Virus record (IMG/VR): IMGVR_UViG_3300031703_000599
Span: 34,609-98,608 of that record
Length of the DNA stretch: 64,000 nucleotides
Direction: 5' to 3' (one strand)
DNA from: a virus
Shown here in pieces: positions 1-7,593 of this stretch. A model generated the notes under the pieces. That model ran no database searches. It worked only from the letters and a program-made list of their open reading frames with translations, and had not been told where the DNA came from. Made by a program: the position numbers and the translations under genes. How positions within the stretch are numbered: position 1 is the first letter of the stretch; every line of letters begins with the position of its first letter.

Positions 1-717
1 TTTATTAGTCTCCAAAATAAGTTGCTGATATTACTGTGTCCTTCTGGACCAGGATGATCGTTATCGAGTGCAAAAGGAAAAGCTCCATAAAATTTGGACT
101 GAGCAACGTCTACTATATTAATGTCATCTGTGTTAAGAAAAGCAGGAGTCCAATCATTGGGACGAGCGCCTGCAACTTCTCTGTACGATGGACTTAATGA
201 AAACCCAGATAACATATGGTAGCTGTTAACTCCGGCTGCCTTGCAAGCTAAATGTGCATAATGTATTCTAGTCCAGTTAGATACGTACATGTCATGTGGT
301 TCTGCAATGGAATCATTATATATTTTTTCTAATTTAAGATTCTTGCCGTTGCTATTTTTAGTTCTGCCCTTTGATACATCATATGTTTTTTCAAACTCTT
401 CACGTATCACACAATGGCGATCAAAGAACGACCATAAAAAAACTACAGTATCATTTGGTTTTATGTCAGGAAGTACATGCTGGAAACGCCATAATATTTC
501 TTTATTACTTGCGCCCGCTGTGCCGAAATTATAACAAGATTGATTAAGTTTATCAGCTAGAAGCGAAGGCCATGCTAGCTTGCTTGCTCCGCTTGTGTAT
601 GGATTGTAAGTAGGCACTACATAATGCGCTTCGTTAGTTGGGTCCCATACATCAGCTAGGCCGTACCCATATGTTTGACTGTCGCCAAATGCATATAGAT
701 TACCTAAAATGATAATT
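1..717 (-). CDS. SGNH/GDSL-like hydrolase or acyltransferase, runs off the window edge; start codon unclear
   Basis: Manual translation of the minus strand gives LYAFGDSQTYGYG...FGTAGASN...DNDHPGPEGH (GDS block I, DxHP block V). No in-frame ATG/GTG/TTG between the upstream stop and the GDS motif. Confidence 0.7.
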
Positions 718-853
718 TATCCAATTCTCCACGGCGACTTAATTCATCTTCAATTGCTAATTCGTCACCTGGGTATGCGTTTGCGAGAATTGCATTCCAC
801 ATATCAACTAATACTGATGTTTTTATTTCCACTAAAGGCTTTAATTCTGTCAT
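704..853 (-). CDS. small hypothetical protein (49 aa)
   Basis: Manual ORF MTELKPLVEIK...ELDKLSF with GGAG RBS, directly downstream of promoter 887-915. Confidence 0.55.
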   Translation of the reverse strand: MTELKPLVEIKTSVLVDMWNAILANAYPGDELAIEDELSRRGELDKLSF

Positions 854-886
854 TTTGCACTCCGATTGTTTAACGTACTAGTATTA

Positions 887-915
887 ATAATACAGTGAAA
901 CACGCAATCTGTCAA
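887..915 (-). promoter_or_regulatory. sigma70-type early promoter
   Basis: TTGACA-N17-TATTAT. Confidence 0.65.
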
Positions 916-923
916 GTTATAAA

Positions 924-1085
924 TTAAAAAAGATCTAGTGCAGATTTTGCGTTAACACGATCCTCAAACGCTTGGCTAGTAGACCCATTTTTTTGACAAG
1001 AGTCACATAGTTCTAGCGCATAGCCAGGTTCTTCGTCACTTGCAAACAGTTTATTGCATTGTTCACATTCATATACATAACTCAT
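924..1085 (-). CDS. small zinc-ribbon protein
   Basis: Manual ORF MSYVYECEQCNKLF...LCDSCQK with two CxxC pairs; start overlaps the stop of the upstream gene. Confidence 0.55.
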   Translation of the reverse strand: MSYVYECEQCNKLFASDEEPGYALELCDSCQKNGSTSQAFEDRVNAKSALDLF

Positions 1086-1285
1086 TTTGCTTTACTCTTA
1101 TTAGTTGCGGCTTTGCCATTTGCATCATTGATTAATATCTGTTCCTTAGAAACAAACTCACGGTCGCATCTTGCGCACACCGAATATTCCATTGGTACGT
1201 GTAATATAGTACCTTTATAATCTATATCAGTTACTTCGCTAAATTGTACGATGTTGTGAGACTTACAATATTTACATATAGCCAT
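1082..1285 (-). CDS. YgiT/MqsA-type zinc-finger protein (no HTH)
   Basis: CKYC...IDYKG...VCARCDREFVSKEQ pattern matches the MqsA N-terminal Zn domain. Confidence 0.65.
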   Translation of the reverse strand: MAICKYCKSHNIVQFSEVTDIDYKGTILHVPMEYSVCARCDREFVSKEQILINDANGKAATNKSKAK

Positions 1286-1286
1286 A

Positions 1287-1532
1287 TTAAATATCCTGTA
1301 CTAATGTATTGTAACATTCAACACATACAGTTATCTCAACTATATTACCATACATATCTTCATTGTAAGGACAATTAACTGTCTCAACTGTAGCATCAAT
1401 GGCGCTGCAATCTTCACAAGTTAAATGTGTTGCAGGTTTACTAAATGCAAGATCCCAATTGCTACTCACTTTTTCAGTGCTCACTAGCGCCTTGCGGCGT
1501 TGATCACCTTTACCACCATGCCATTGACTCAT
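1287..1532 (-). CDS. hypothetical phage protein (WHGGKG N-terminus, Cys-rich C-terminus)
   Basis: ORF track; tight packing with neighbours. Confidence 0.55.
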   Translation of the reverse strand: MSQWHGGKGDQRRKALVSTEKVSSNWDLAFSKPATHLTCEDCSAIDATVETVNCPYNEDMYGNIVEITVCVECYNTLVQDI

Positions 1533-1811
1533 TAAATTTCCTTACTTGGTTTTACTATCTTAACACAATCATATGCGTGTGCTACTGCATCCATTGTTTC
1601 TGTTGCTCCAATAGCATATCCAACAGCGAATGTAATCGCTATTAGTGCTGACACTGTTACTACTATACTAAATCCACTCATAATGTGCTACTCTCGTATA
1701 CGCATATTGCAACCATTGCAAGTGTGGCGTAAATTACTAATATTGCCCAAAGGTACCTATCAAACATTATATTCTCCCAACATAGTCACTACTTCAGTTG
1801 TGCCTTGTTTC

Positions 1812-2585
1812 TTATTTAGTGCTATTTATAATATTTGGTTCTACTTCAAAATATTTGTTCACTTCAAATTCATCGTTTAAATCATCTGGCGCATAACCTC
1901 TTGGATTACACAACACTCGTGTTTGATCAACAACATAATCGCTACTGTTATGCATGTGACCATGAACCCAGAATGATGGCTTAAATGTCATCATAAACGC
2001 GGTTCTATCGCTGTAATATGACGCATTCAATAGTTGCCCTTTGAAACATTCATGACTTGAATTCTCATGTGGCGCATGGTGAGTAATAACTACATCACCT
2101 TCTTTCACATTGTTATTCATATATGCCATTGTTCTCATATGCTCGTATGCGGCATCAGTAGGTCTAAATTTACGAAAATCTGGACCCATACGGATATACT
2201 TGTGGTCACTCATCTTCTGGCTAGCATCCCACATTGCTAATGGTTGATTACCAGATGATTGATAATCAGTCCACAATGTAGCGCCGTGAAACACAACACC
2301 TTTGATCTTGCGCCACTCGTTCTGTAACACATGGACATTCTCATACACATCTTCTTTAATATGTTTTAATGTGTTTTCAATATGCCCACGATAGAATTCA
2401 TGGTTGCCTTGAATCAATATAACATCTTCATACCGCAATGCCATTTCGTTGACCCAATCAATTCGGTGCTTCACGTTAATGTCGCCAGCAAGAATCAATA
2501 CATCTGCTTCAACAGTTGGTTCTTCAGTCATACGACCAAACTCCAAGTGTAGGTCAGACATGTATAGACACTTTACTTTGCTCAT
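1812..2585 (-). CDS. calcineurin-like metallophosphoesterase
   Basis: SDLHLE, AGDI, GNHEFY, THHAP, HGHMH, NPRGY motifs. Confidence 0.9.
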   Translation of the reverse strand: MSKVKCLYMSDLHLEFGRMTEEPTVEADVLILAGDINVKHRIDWVNEMALRYEDVILIQGNHEFYRGHIENTLKHIKEDVYENVHVLQNEWRKIKGVVFHGATLWTDYQSSGNQPLAMWDASQKMSDHKYIRMGPDFRKFRPTDAAYEHMRTMAYMNNNVKEGDVVITHHAPHENSSHECFKGQLLNASYYSDRTAFMMTFKPSFWVHGHMHNSSDYVVDQTRVLCNPRGYAPDDLNDEFEVNKYFEVEPNIINSTK

Positions 2586-2618
2586 TTAATTCTCTTCTAT
2601 ATATTAATCTATACCTAT

Positions 2619-2647
2619 ATTATATCACAAATATAGACATTTGTACA
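2619..2647 (-). promoter_or_regulatory. sigma70-type early promoter
   Basis: TGTACA-N17-TATAAT. Confidence 0.6.
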
Positions 2648-2653
2648 CCTTTA

Positions 2654-3049
2654 TTAATCTTTTATTACAATTAATTGAGGGCACATCTTATCTTTCATAG
2701 AACTTAATTTAACACTAAGAATAGACGGACTCTTTGATTCTTTCTCAACTTTAATCATCTTAGCAGACTCTTTGCGACCTGGCATACCATTACGCAACAC
2801 ATCATTAACGATCAGTGCGAATGGTATTAATAATATCATCTGTGGTTCATTTGCCATAACGACTACAACTGAGAGCGGCAATACAATTACTGCGGACAAT
2901 ACACACGCGGTGAAAATTGTTATAATCATCGCAGATAGTGTGAAATAACGCCAGTAGGTACAAAAGTCTCTCTCAAACTGACTGTGACTGAACCATTGAT
3001 TTATAAAACGATAATGCCATGCTGATTCACTTACTTCATATGTGTTCAT
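2654..3049 (-). CDS. hypothetical membrane protein
   Basis: ORF track; hydrophobic central segment. Confidence 0.6.
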   Translation of the reverse strand: MNTYEVSESAWHYRFINQWFSHSQFERDFCTYWRYFTLSAMIITIFTACVLSAVIVLPLSVVVVMANEPQMILLIPFALIVNDVLRNGMPGRKESAKMIKVEKESKSPSILSVKLSSMKDKMCPQLIVIKD

Positions 3050-3288
3050 TTGTCTGCTCCCAGTGTAGTATATGTACTAGTGACAACAAATTGTTTTGCA
3101 TTGTATTCATCTAGTGCTTCTTGGTATGTATCATACACCCCTGTGAGATCAGCATCAACGTTATCTGGATTATACCACCATAATACACCAAACAGGCGCT
3201 TCTGTAGTACGTGCTTAGATTGTTTAACACCATATGAATTCACACCATATGTAACACTTTTAATACGCCAGTTAGTCAAACAGATCAC
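3046..3288 (-). CDS. hypothetical protein
   Basis: ORF track; overlapping start/stop coupling. Confidence 0.5.
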   Translation of the reverse strand: MICLTNWRIKSVTYGVNSYGVKQSKHVLQKRLFGVLWWYNPDNVDADLTGVYDTYQEALDEYNAKQFVVTSTYTTLGADK

Positions 3289-3499
3289 CTAAATCCTTGC
3301 TGTCTTTGCTAAGTGCAATAGATGCGCCTGTAATCATTCCGTCTAATAGAGTTGTTGTTACAATAACAGCGAGTGCAACTAATAACCCTGTTGCCTGTAA
3401 TATTGTATAACCACCTGTAGCAGAAACAACGACTACAATTGCCATTGTCCCAACGCTTGTTATTGCAGTCAATATACGTGTTATAGTTTTGTTTTGCAT
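3272..3499 (-). CDS. hypothetical membrane protein (2 TM)
   Basis: ORF track; GAGGA RBS. Confidence 0.55.
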   Translation of the reverse strand: MQNKTITRILTAITSVGTMAIVVVVSATGGYTILQATGLLVALAVIVTTTLLDGMITGASIALSKDSKDLGDLFD

Positions 3500-3517
3500 A
3501 TCAGTTCCTCTTGTTAA

Positions 3518-3733
3518 TTACTTGTTGTACTGCAATTTAGCAAATTGCAGCAAGGCCGTTAGCTCATCTATTTTTTCTTGTTGTTCATTAACGTCAAATT
3601 TTAGTTCTTCAATTAATGCAAAGTGATCATCAAATTTGACCCATTCGCCATTACGGCGAGATTCCAAGCTCGCGCCGCTTCCGCTTTTACTGCGATATAC
3701 AACCATGTCCCATCGTTCTATGTCATTGCTCAT
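3518..3733 (-). CDS. hypothetical protein
   Basis: ORF track. Confidence 0.55.
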   Translation of the reverse strand: MSNDIERWDMVVYRSKSGSGASLESRRNGEWVKFDDHFALIEELKFDVNEQQEKIDELTALLQFAKLQYNK

Positions 3734-3957
3734 AATATATTTTCTCGTCTTAATACCTTAGATGCGTTCTCCATGAATACCGGAGTTAGCGTTGTGCCAT
3801 CGAAGTTAATGCAATCATTTAATAAATCATTTAATGCATCACGGAATATAACGACTTCATCTTGTAAGTCATAAACTCTTTGGTCAGTCCAATCTGCACC
3901 GCATCCGCATTCGCATTCCCCATACGCAGCACAAGTACAATCCATTCCATTACTCAT
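3730..3957 (-). CDS. hypothetical Cys-rich protein
   Basis: Likely start MSNGMDCTCAAYGECECGC within ORF 3730..4047. Confidence 0.5.
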   Translation of the reverse strand: MSNGMDCTCAAYGECECGCGADWTDQRVYDLQDEVVIFRDALNDLLNDCINFDGTTLTPVFMENASKVLRRENIL

Positions 3958-4267
3958 CTGTCTTACCTTTGTGCTTAGGTTTAGTAACCTTCTTTTTGTT
4001 AGGCACAACTTGCGATTTGAACTGAGGCGATCGCAATGCGTGTGCAACTGGGTCTCTACTCTTAGGCACTTTAATATTCTTAGGCATTTTCTTTGCTTCT
4101 TTCTTTAATGGATAAAAGTTTAAACTACCAAATAATAACGTATATCTGCCTTGGTCAGTGACTAATTCGTGTCCGTTAAATGTCTTAACTTTTTCAGACC
4201 CTGTGCGTACTAAATGGTCTCGTAAGTCCACTAAGTTATTCCAGTTTTTAGTTCTATGCTTTGTCAT
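3950..4267 (-). CDS. hypothetical basic protein
   Basis: ORF track; Lys-rich C-terminus. Confidence 0.55.
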   Translation of the reverse strand: MTKHRTKNWNNLVDLRDHLVRTGSEKVKTFNGHELVTDQGRYTLLFGSLNFYPLKKEAKKMPKNIKVPKSRDPVAHALRSPQFKSQVVPNKKKVTKPKHKGKTDE

Positions 4268-4589
4268 GTTATGCAGCTTTAACCAGTGTTAGTGTTGGTG
4301 CGCATACTATACGAGCACCATATAATCGTACTTGCATTTCAGCGTATCCACGTATGTAGAAGCTTTGTTGCGTACCATCTAGGTAAACAACTGTGTACTT
4401 TGTATCAGTCATTACATTTGGCCTTTGCGCATGTAGATTACGCCTTTAACTACACATGGGATTAATAGTGCAACCAATAACATATCAAACGCATGAGTAG
4501 CTTCTACTAAACGTGTAACTGGTAAAACGGTAAACTCTAAAAAGTCTTTCATATGCTTCGCCTTGTGTACTTAATTAACTTATACTACT

Positions 4590-4618
4590 ATTATAACAAA
4601 TACTTCAGGTGATGTCTA
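4590..4618 (-). promoter_or_regulatory. sigma70-type early promoter (extended -10)
   Basis: TAGACA-N17-TATAAT preceded by TG. Confidence 0.65.
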
Positions 4619-4641
4619 CCTTTATTGCAAAATAAATTTAA

Positions 4642-4648
4642 ATAAATA
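4642..4648 (+). promoter_or_regulatory. putative T4-like late promoter
   Basis: ATAAATA upstream of the GGAGG RBS of ORF 4671. Confidence 0.4.
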
Positions 4649-4670
4649 CAATTAACATACGGAGGAAATC

Positions 4671-5288
4671 ATGAAGTTTTTAAAATCAATCAAATCAAAA
4701 TTTGTGCTGTGGCTAATGTCAACTACATTGTACAAGTATCTATTATTTCACGTTATACCTTATATAAGATTCACAACATATTACACATCCATGCGAGGCA
4801 GAACGTATCACAAATTATACAAGGCAGTTAAGCCAGGACATATCCTATTAACAAACGATAGTAAAAAACTAACAACTCTTTTAATAGGCGGCGAGTTTTC
4901 ACACGCTGCATATGTAGTATCAAAGGATGGAGATTGGGAAGTATCAGAAATGACCCACAACAATTACACTAAAAGTACTGTTGCAGATTTGTGCTTTGAG
5001 GCTGATCGCGTTGTTGTGCTTGAATGTACTACATTTGATGCAGCATACACTAAGAAGACTATTGCTAAGTGCAAGTCGTTTGAAGGTGTTGCATATGATG
5101 TTCAATTTGAATTGGGATTGGAAGCATTGTCATGTGCAGAAATGGTATACGAAGCAGATTTTGAAAGGCGCTTAGATGTAAACCTAGAAGACGTTATAGG
5201 AATAGGCCAATTGTATATTTCACCAACTGGCCTATATAATTCCAAGAATGTCAAAGTGATATTTGACACAGCTAATGTTAGCAACTAA
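4671..5288 (+). CDS. permuted papain-like NlpC/P60 enzyme (YiiX/YebB-like)
   Basis: PGHILLT, FSHAAYV (His), YDVQF, SCAEMVYEA (Cys) in permuted order; N-terminal hydrophobic segment. Confidence 0.75.
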   Translation: MKFLKSIKSKFVLWLMSTTLYKYLLFHVIPYIRFTTYYTSMRGRTYHKLYKAVKPGHILLTNDSKKLTTLLIGGEFSHAAYVVSKDGDWEVSEMTHNNYTKSTVADLCFEADRVVVLECTTFDAAYTKKTIAKCKSFEGVAYDVQFELGLEALSCAEMVYEADFERRLDVNLEDVIGIGQLYISPTGLYNSKNVKVIFDTANVSN

Positions 5289-5299
5289 CATAGTGAATT

Positions 5300-5370
5300 T
5301 ATCTCGATAGGAGTTGAACCTATGTACACAAGCCATACCCTGTGATCTAGCACTATATTGCTACGAGATA
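5300..5370 (-). ncRNA. tRNA-like structured RNA without canonical anticodon loop
   Basis: TATCTCG/CGAGATA stem, TAGCA/TGCTA arm, CACA/TGTG arm, T-arm ATAGG-TTCAACT-CCTAT; no encoded CCA. Confidence 0.55.
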
Positions 5371-5374
5371 AAAC

Positions 5375-5449
5375 TGGAGCGGGTGGACGGAATCGAACCG
5401 ACATCTAAAGGTTGGAAACCTCCAGTAATAACCATTATACTACACCCGC
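5375..5449 (-). tRNA. tRNA-Gly(TCC)
   Basis: GCGGGTG acceptor, anticodon loop TT-TCC-AA, GGTTCGATTCC T-arm, CCA end. Confidence 0.92.
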
Positions 5450-5457
5450 AAAACTAA

Positions 5458-5558
5458 TTTGACCCTTAACAGTTGCTCCATCTGAGAAGATGTTTTATCG
5501 GTTCTACCAGCAACTTAATATTAAGTGAGTTGTCTCGGTTACTCTCACAAGGGTCAAA
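5458..5558 (-). ncRNA. structured ncRNA candidate (~100 nt, multibranch)
   Basis: Closing stem TTTGACCCTT/AAGGGTCAAA; internal GTGAG/CTCAC, AGTTGCT/AGCAACT, CATCT/AGATG. Confidence 0.55.
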
Positions 5559-5562
5559 ACTT

Positions 5563-5635
5563 TGGTGTTCGATGAAGATTTAATTCTCCGTTTCTGACTT
5601 ATCAGTGTCAGCGTTCTCTCTTGAACTATTCGAAC
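5563..5635 (-). tRNA. atypical or pseudo tRNA-Ile(GAT) with 8-nt anticodon loop
   Basis: GTTCGA/TCGAAC acceptor plus ACCA, D-arm GTTC/GAAC, CTGAC-ACTGATAA-GTCAG; degenerate T-loop. Confidence 0.6.
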
Positions 5636-5643
5636 AAAACTAA

Positions 5644-5748
5644 TTATCTCGGTAGGATTCTAACCTACATGCATGAAAACATCATCAGCGTAGCCCGGTC
5701 AATGGGGTGGCTGGATTTCACTGCTTTAACCTTTAAGCAACGAGATAA
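5644..5748 (-). ncRNA. tRNA-like RNA with greatly extended anticodon arm
   Basis: TATCTCG/CGAGATA acceptor, D-arm GCTT-AAAGGTTA-AAGC, T-arm GTAGG-TTAGAAT-CCTAC, ~50-nt paired arm in place of the anticodon. Confidence 0.6.
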
Positions 5749-5750
5749 AC

Positions 5751-5836
5751 TGGCGGAAAACTAAGGAATCGAACCTTAACCCTTTCGAGTCCACGCGGTT
5801 AGCAACCGGCCCTAGATCCAATCTAGATAATCTTCC
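5751..5836 (-). tRNA. tRNA-Ser(GCT)
   Basis: Anticodon loop TT-GCT-AA, long variable arm, GGTTCGATTCC, GCCA end. Confidence 0.88.
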
Positions 5837-5841
5837 AAACG

Positions 5842-6044
5842 TGGTCCCGCACCGCCCTTTCAAAGCGACTTAACTATGACAGGTTTACTAGGTTTATACT
5901 AACGATCAACTGGTTAGGAATACGCTTCATATCATTGGGCGATTCTGATCTGTGTTCATTGAGCGACCAAGCACAACTACTAACTTCACTATCTACCCAT
6001 CCCTAGCATTTACCAGAGAGATCATACTCAAGTGGTCATGCGAG
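5842..6044 (-). ncRNA. ~200-nt structured RNA with tRNA-like acceptor stem and 3' ACCA
   Basis: CTCGCAT/GTGCGGG-ACCA terminal stem; CGCTTT-GAAA-GGGCG hairpin; nested GATC, CTGGT/ACCAG, TAGGGAT/ATTCCTA pairings. Confidence 0.55.
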
Positions 6045-6051
6045 TTAAAAA

Positions 6052-6127
6052 TGGCTCCTGAAGTTGGGCTCGAACCAACGACAAATAGATTAACAGTCTA
6101 CTACTCTACCAACTGAGCTATTCAGGA
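6052..6127 (-). tRNA. tRNA-Asn(GTT)
   Basis: TCCTGAA acceptor, AGCTCAGTTGGTAGAG D-arm, CT-GTT-AA loop, GGTTCGAGCCC, GCCA. Confidence 0.93.
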
Positions 6128-6139
6128 ATTAAACTTCAC

Positions 6140-6283
6140 TTTCAACTATGCTGGGTAGTATAGTCTACTTACAAACGTGACTAACCATTTGCATTGGTAG
6201 ACTAGGGACTATGTAATGTCCTAAAGCATTCAACGAGTGTCACTCGCTTACTGGCTTAAGGAATCGTCCCAGCATATGTGAAA
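6140..6283 (-). ncRNA. structured ncRNA candidate (~145 nt, multibranch)
   Basis: TATGCTGGG/CCCAGCATA closing stem; TAGTCTAC/GTAGACTA, GGAC/GTCC, CGAGT/ACTCG internal hairpins. Confidence 0.55.
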
Positions 6284-6305
6284 ATAAAGTTTTACGATAA
6301 GGGTG

Positions 6306-6494
6306 TTAAGCCTTAAAGTTGTACTCTGTATAAAGGATATCTAAGATATCGTCTATAGTATCTCTATCTGTTGCTAAAATGTTTTGAGGAGTTGCGTTGA
6401 TAACTTCCTTAATAGCAGCAATTTGTGTATAACGATCTGCGTCTTGTGATGTAGTTTGCGAAACAGTTTTAGCGAATTGCGATAGAGTATACAT
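6306..6494 (-). CDS. hypothetical protein
   Basis: ORF track; follows promoter 6530-6558. Confidence 0.55.
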   Translation of the reverse strand: MYTLSQFAKTVSQTTSQDADRYTQIAAIKEVINATPQNILATDRDTIDDILDILYTEYNFKA

Positions 6495-6529
6495 TTTGTA
6501 CTTCTTTCTCTTAATTAATTTATATAACT

Positions 6530-6558
6530 AGTATAACATCTTGCTATTCGAAAGTACA
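6530..6558 (-). promoter_or_regulatory. sigma70-type promoter, likely driving the RNA array
   Basis: TGTACT-N17-TATACT with TG extension. Confidence 0.55.
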
Positions 6559-6571
6559 CCTTTATTTTATT

Positions 6572-6793
6572 TTATTTTAAAACTTCTTGGTCAATTTCTA
6601 GTGGCCAATCAAACCACAATCCACAATCCGTACAGTACTTAATAAACTGTGAACGGATAAGTCCTAAATGAACTCCTCCGCATTGTGGGCAGTGCTTAGT
6701 GCTTACTGGGTCTTTACGACGAACAGGCAAGCTTTGTAAGAAAGTAGGATTAAGCATTGTATTCACGCAGCTTTTTGATGTTCCACTTCTCAA
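6572..6793 (-). CDS. small zinc-ribbon protein
   Basis: CPQCG...CTDCG; true start probably at the internal MLNPTF. Confidence 0.55.
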   Translation of the reverse strand: MRSGTSKSCVNTMLNPTFLQSLPVRRKDPVSTKHCPQCGGVHLGLIRSQFIKYCTDCGLWFDWPLEIDQEVLK

Positions 6794-7022
6794 TTATAGC
6801 AGTTCCATCATCTGCTTCGTCTACTGCAATATAGGCAACAGTCTTCTTAACATTTGCATAACGATAGCCTTGTTCATTTACAATGCCGCCTACCCATACC
6901 TTGTGGGAATAATCTTTGCAGAAGTCCTGTGTATCATTGTTAAGTGAGAATTCAAACGTATTACCGTAATCTTTTTCAACAAATTCGCCAATTGGATTAA
7001 CAGTGTGTGTCCAGTATGCCAT
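6750..7022 (-). CDS. conserved-looking phage hypothetical protein
   Basis: ORF track; GGAGAG RBS after a promoter. Confidence 0.65.
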   Translation of the reverse strand: MAYWTHTVNPIGEFVEKDYGNTFEFSLNNDTQDFCKDYSHKVWVGGIVNEQGYRYANVKKTVAYIAVDEADDGTAIIEKWNIKKLREYNA

Positions 7023-7054
7023 ATGCTTCTCTCCTTACCCTAATTTGTAATACT

Positions 7055-7084
7055 ATTATAGCATTTCTAGTTAGGATATGTCAA
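7055..7084 (-). promoter_or_regulatory. sigma70-type early promoter
   Basis: TTGACA-N18-TATAAT, TG-extended. Confidence 0.6.
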
Positions 7085-7091
7085 CCTTTTA

Positions 7092-7370
7092 TTATGAATA
7101 ACGTAACTTTAATATCATCTTTTCTTTGTCAGGCAAAGGTAAAATATTTAACCATTTGTTGAAACTATATTCTTGTCCGTATATGTACCAATGCTCGGTA
7201 TTATATGGATATTCTACTATAGCAGGTCCGTCTTCTCTGTGTACCTGGCCAGCGGAATTGTAATAATAGATATCGCCATCTGCATGAAGCCAACTACCAT
7301 TAGTTTGTTCCATAGCGCCGTGGAATGCTTGATCTTCTGCAAGAGCACGTGTTGTATAATCTTCATCCAT
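7092..7370 (-). CDS. HRxDGPA-motif protein (paralog 1)
   Basis: VHREDGPAI motif; C-terminal KMILKLRYS. Confidence 0.7.
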   Translation of the reverse strand: MDEDYTTRALAEDQAFHGAMEQTNGSWLHADGDIYYYNSAGQVHREDGPAIVEYPYNTEHWYIYGQEYSFNKWLNILPLPDKEKMILKLRYS

Positions 7371-7593
7371 ACCGTAACCTCAGCAACATCTTTTGTTCGT
7401 CACTAACACCTACACGAGTACACCATTTGTCAAACGATAACATATTCCCTTCATATATCCAACACACTCGGCCATCTGGATGTATTATCGCAGGACCATC
7501 GTCACGATGTGAAACTCCCGTGCCGTTTATACCATCAGTACAATGCCGCCATACTTTGGCACCCGTTGGTGTTGTATGCGATTCACTACCCAT
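7363..7593 (-). CDS. HRxDGPA-motif protein (paralog 2)
   Basis: SHRDDGPAI; SDEQKMLLRLRYG. Confidence 0.7.
   Translation of the reverse strand: MGSESHTTPTGAKVWRHCTDGINGTGVSHRDDGPAIIHPDGRVCWIYEGNMLSFDKWCTRVGVSDEQKMLLRLRYG

Noticed and set aside
5644-5748. Hammerhead ribozyme (contains GAAA and CTGATGA on the minus strand)
   Set aside because: Stems II and III cannot form adjacent to the core motifs, and the CTG is better paired in a CAGC/GCTG stem
5842-6044. tmRNA
   Set aside because: Too short, lacks tRNA-Ala-like ends and the TTCRA T-loop, and no convincing tag ORF
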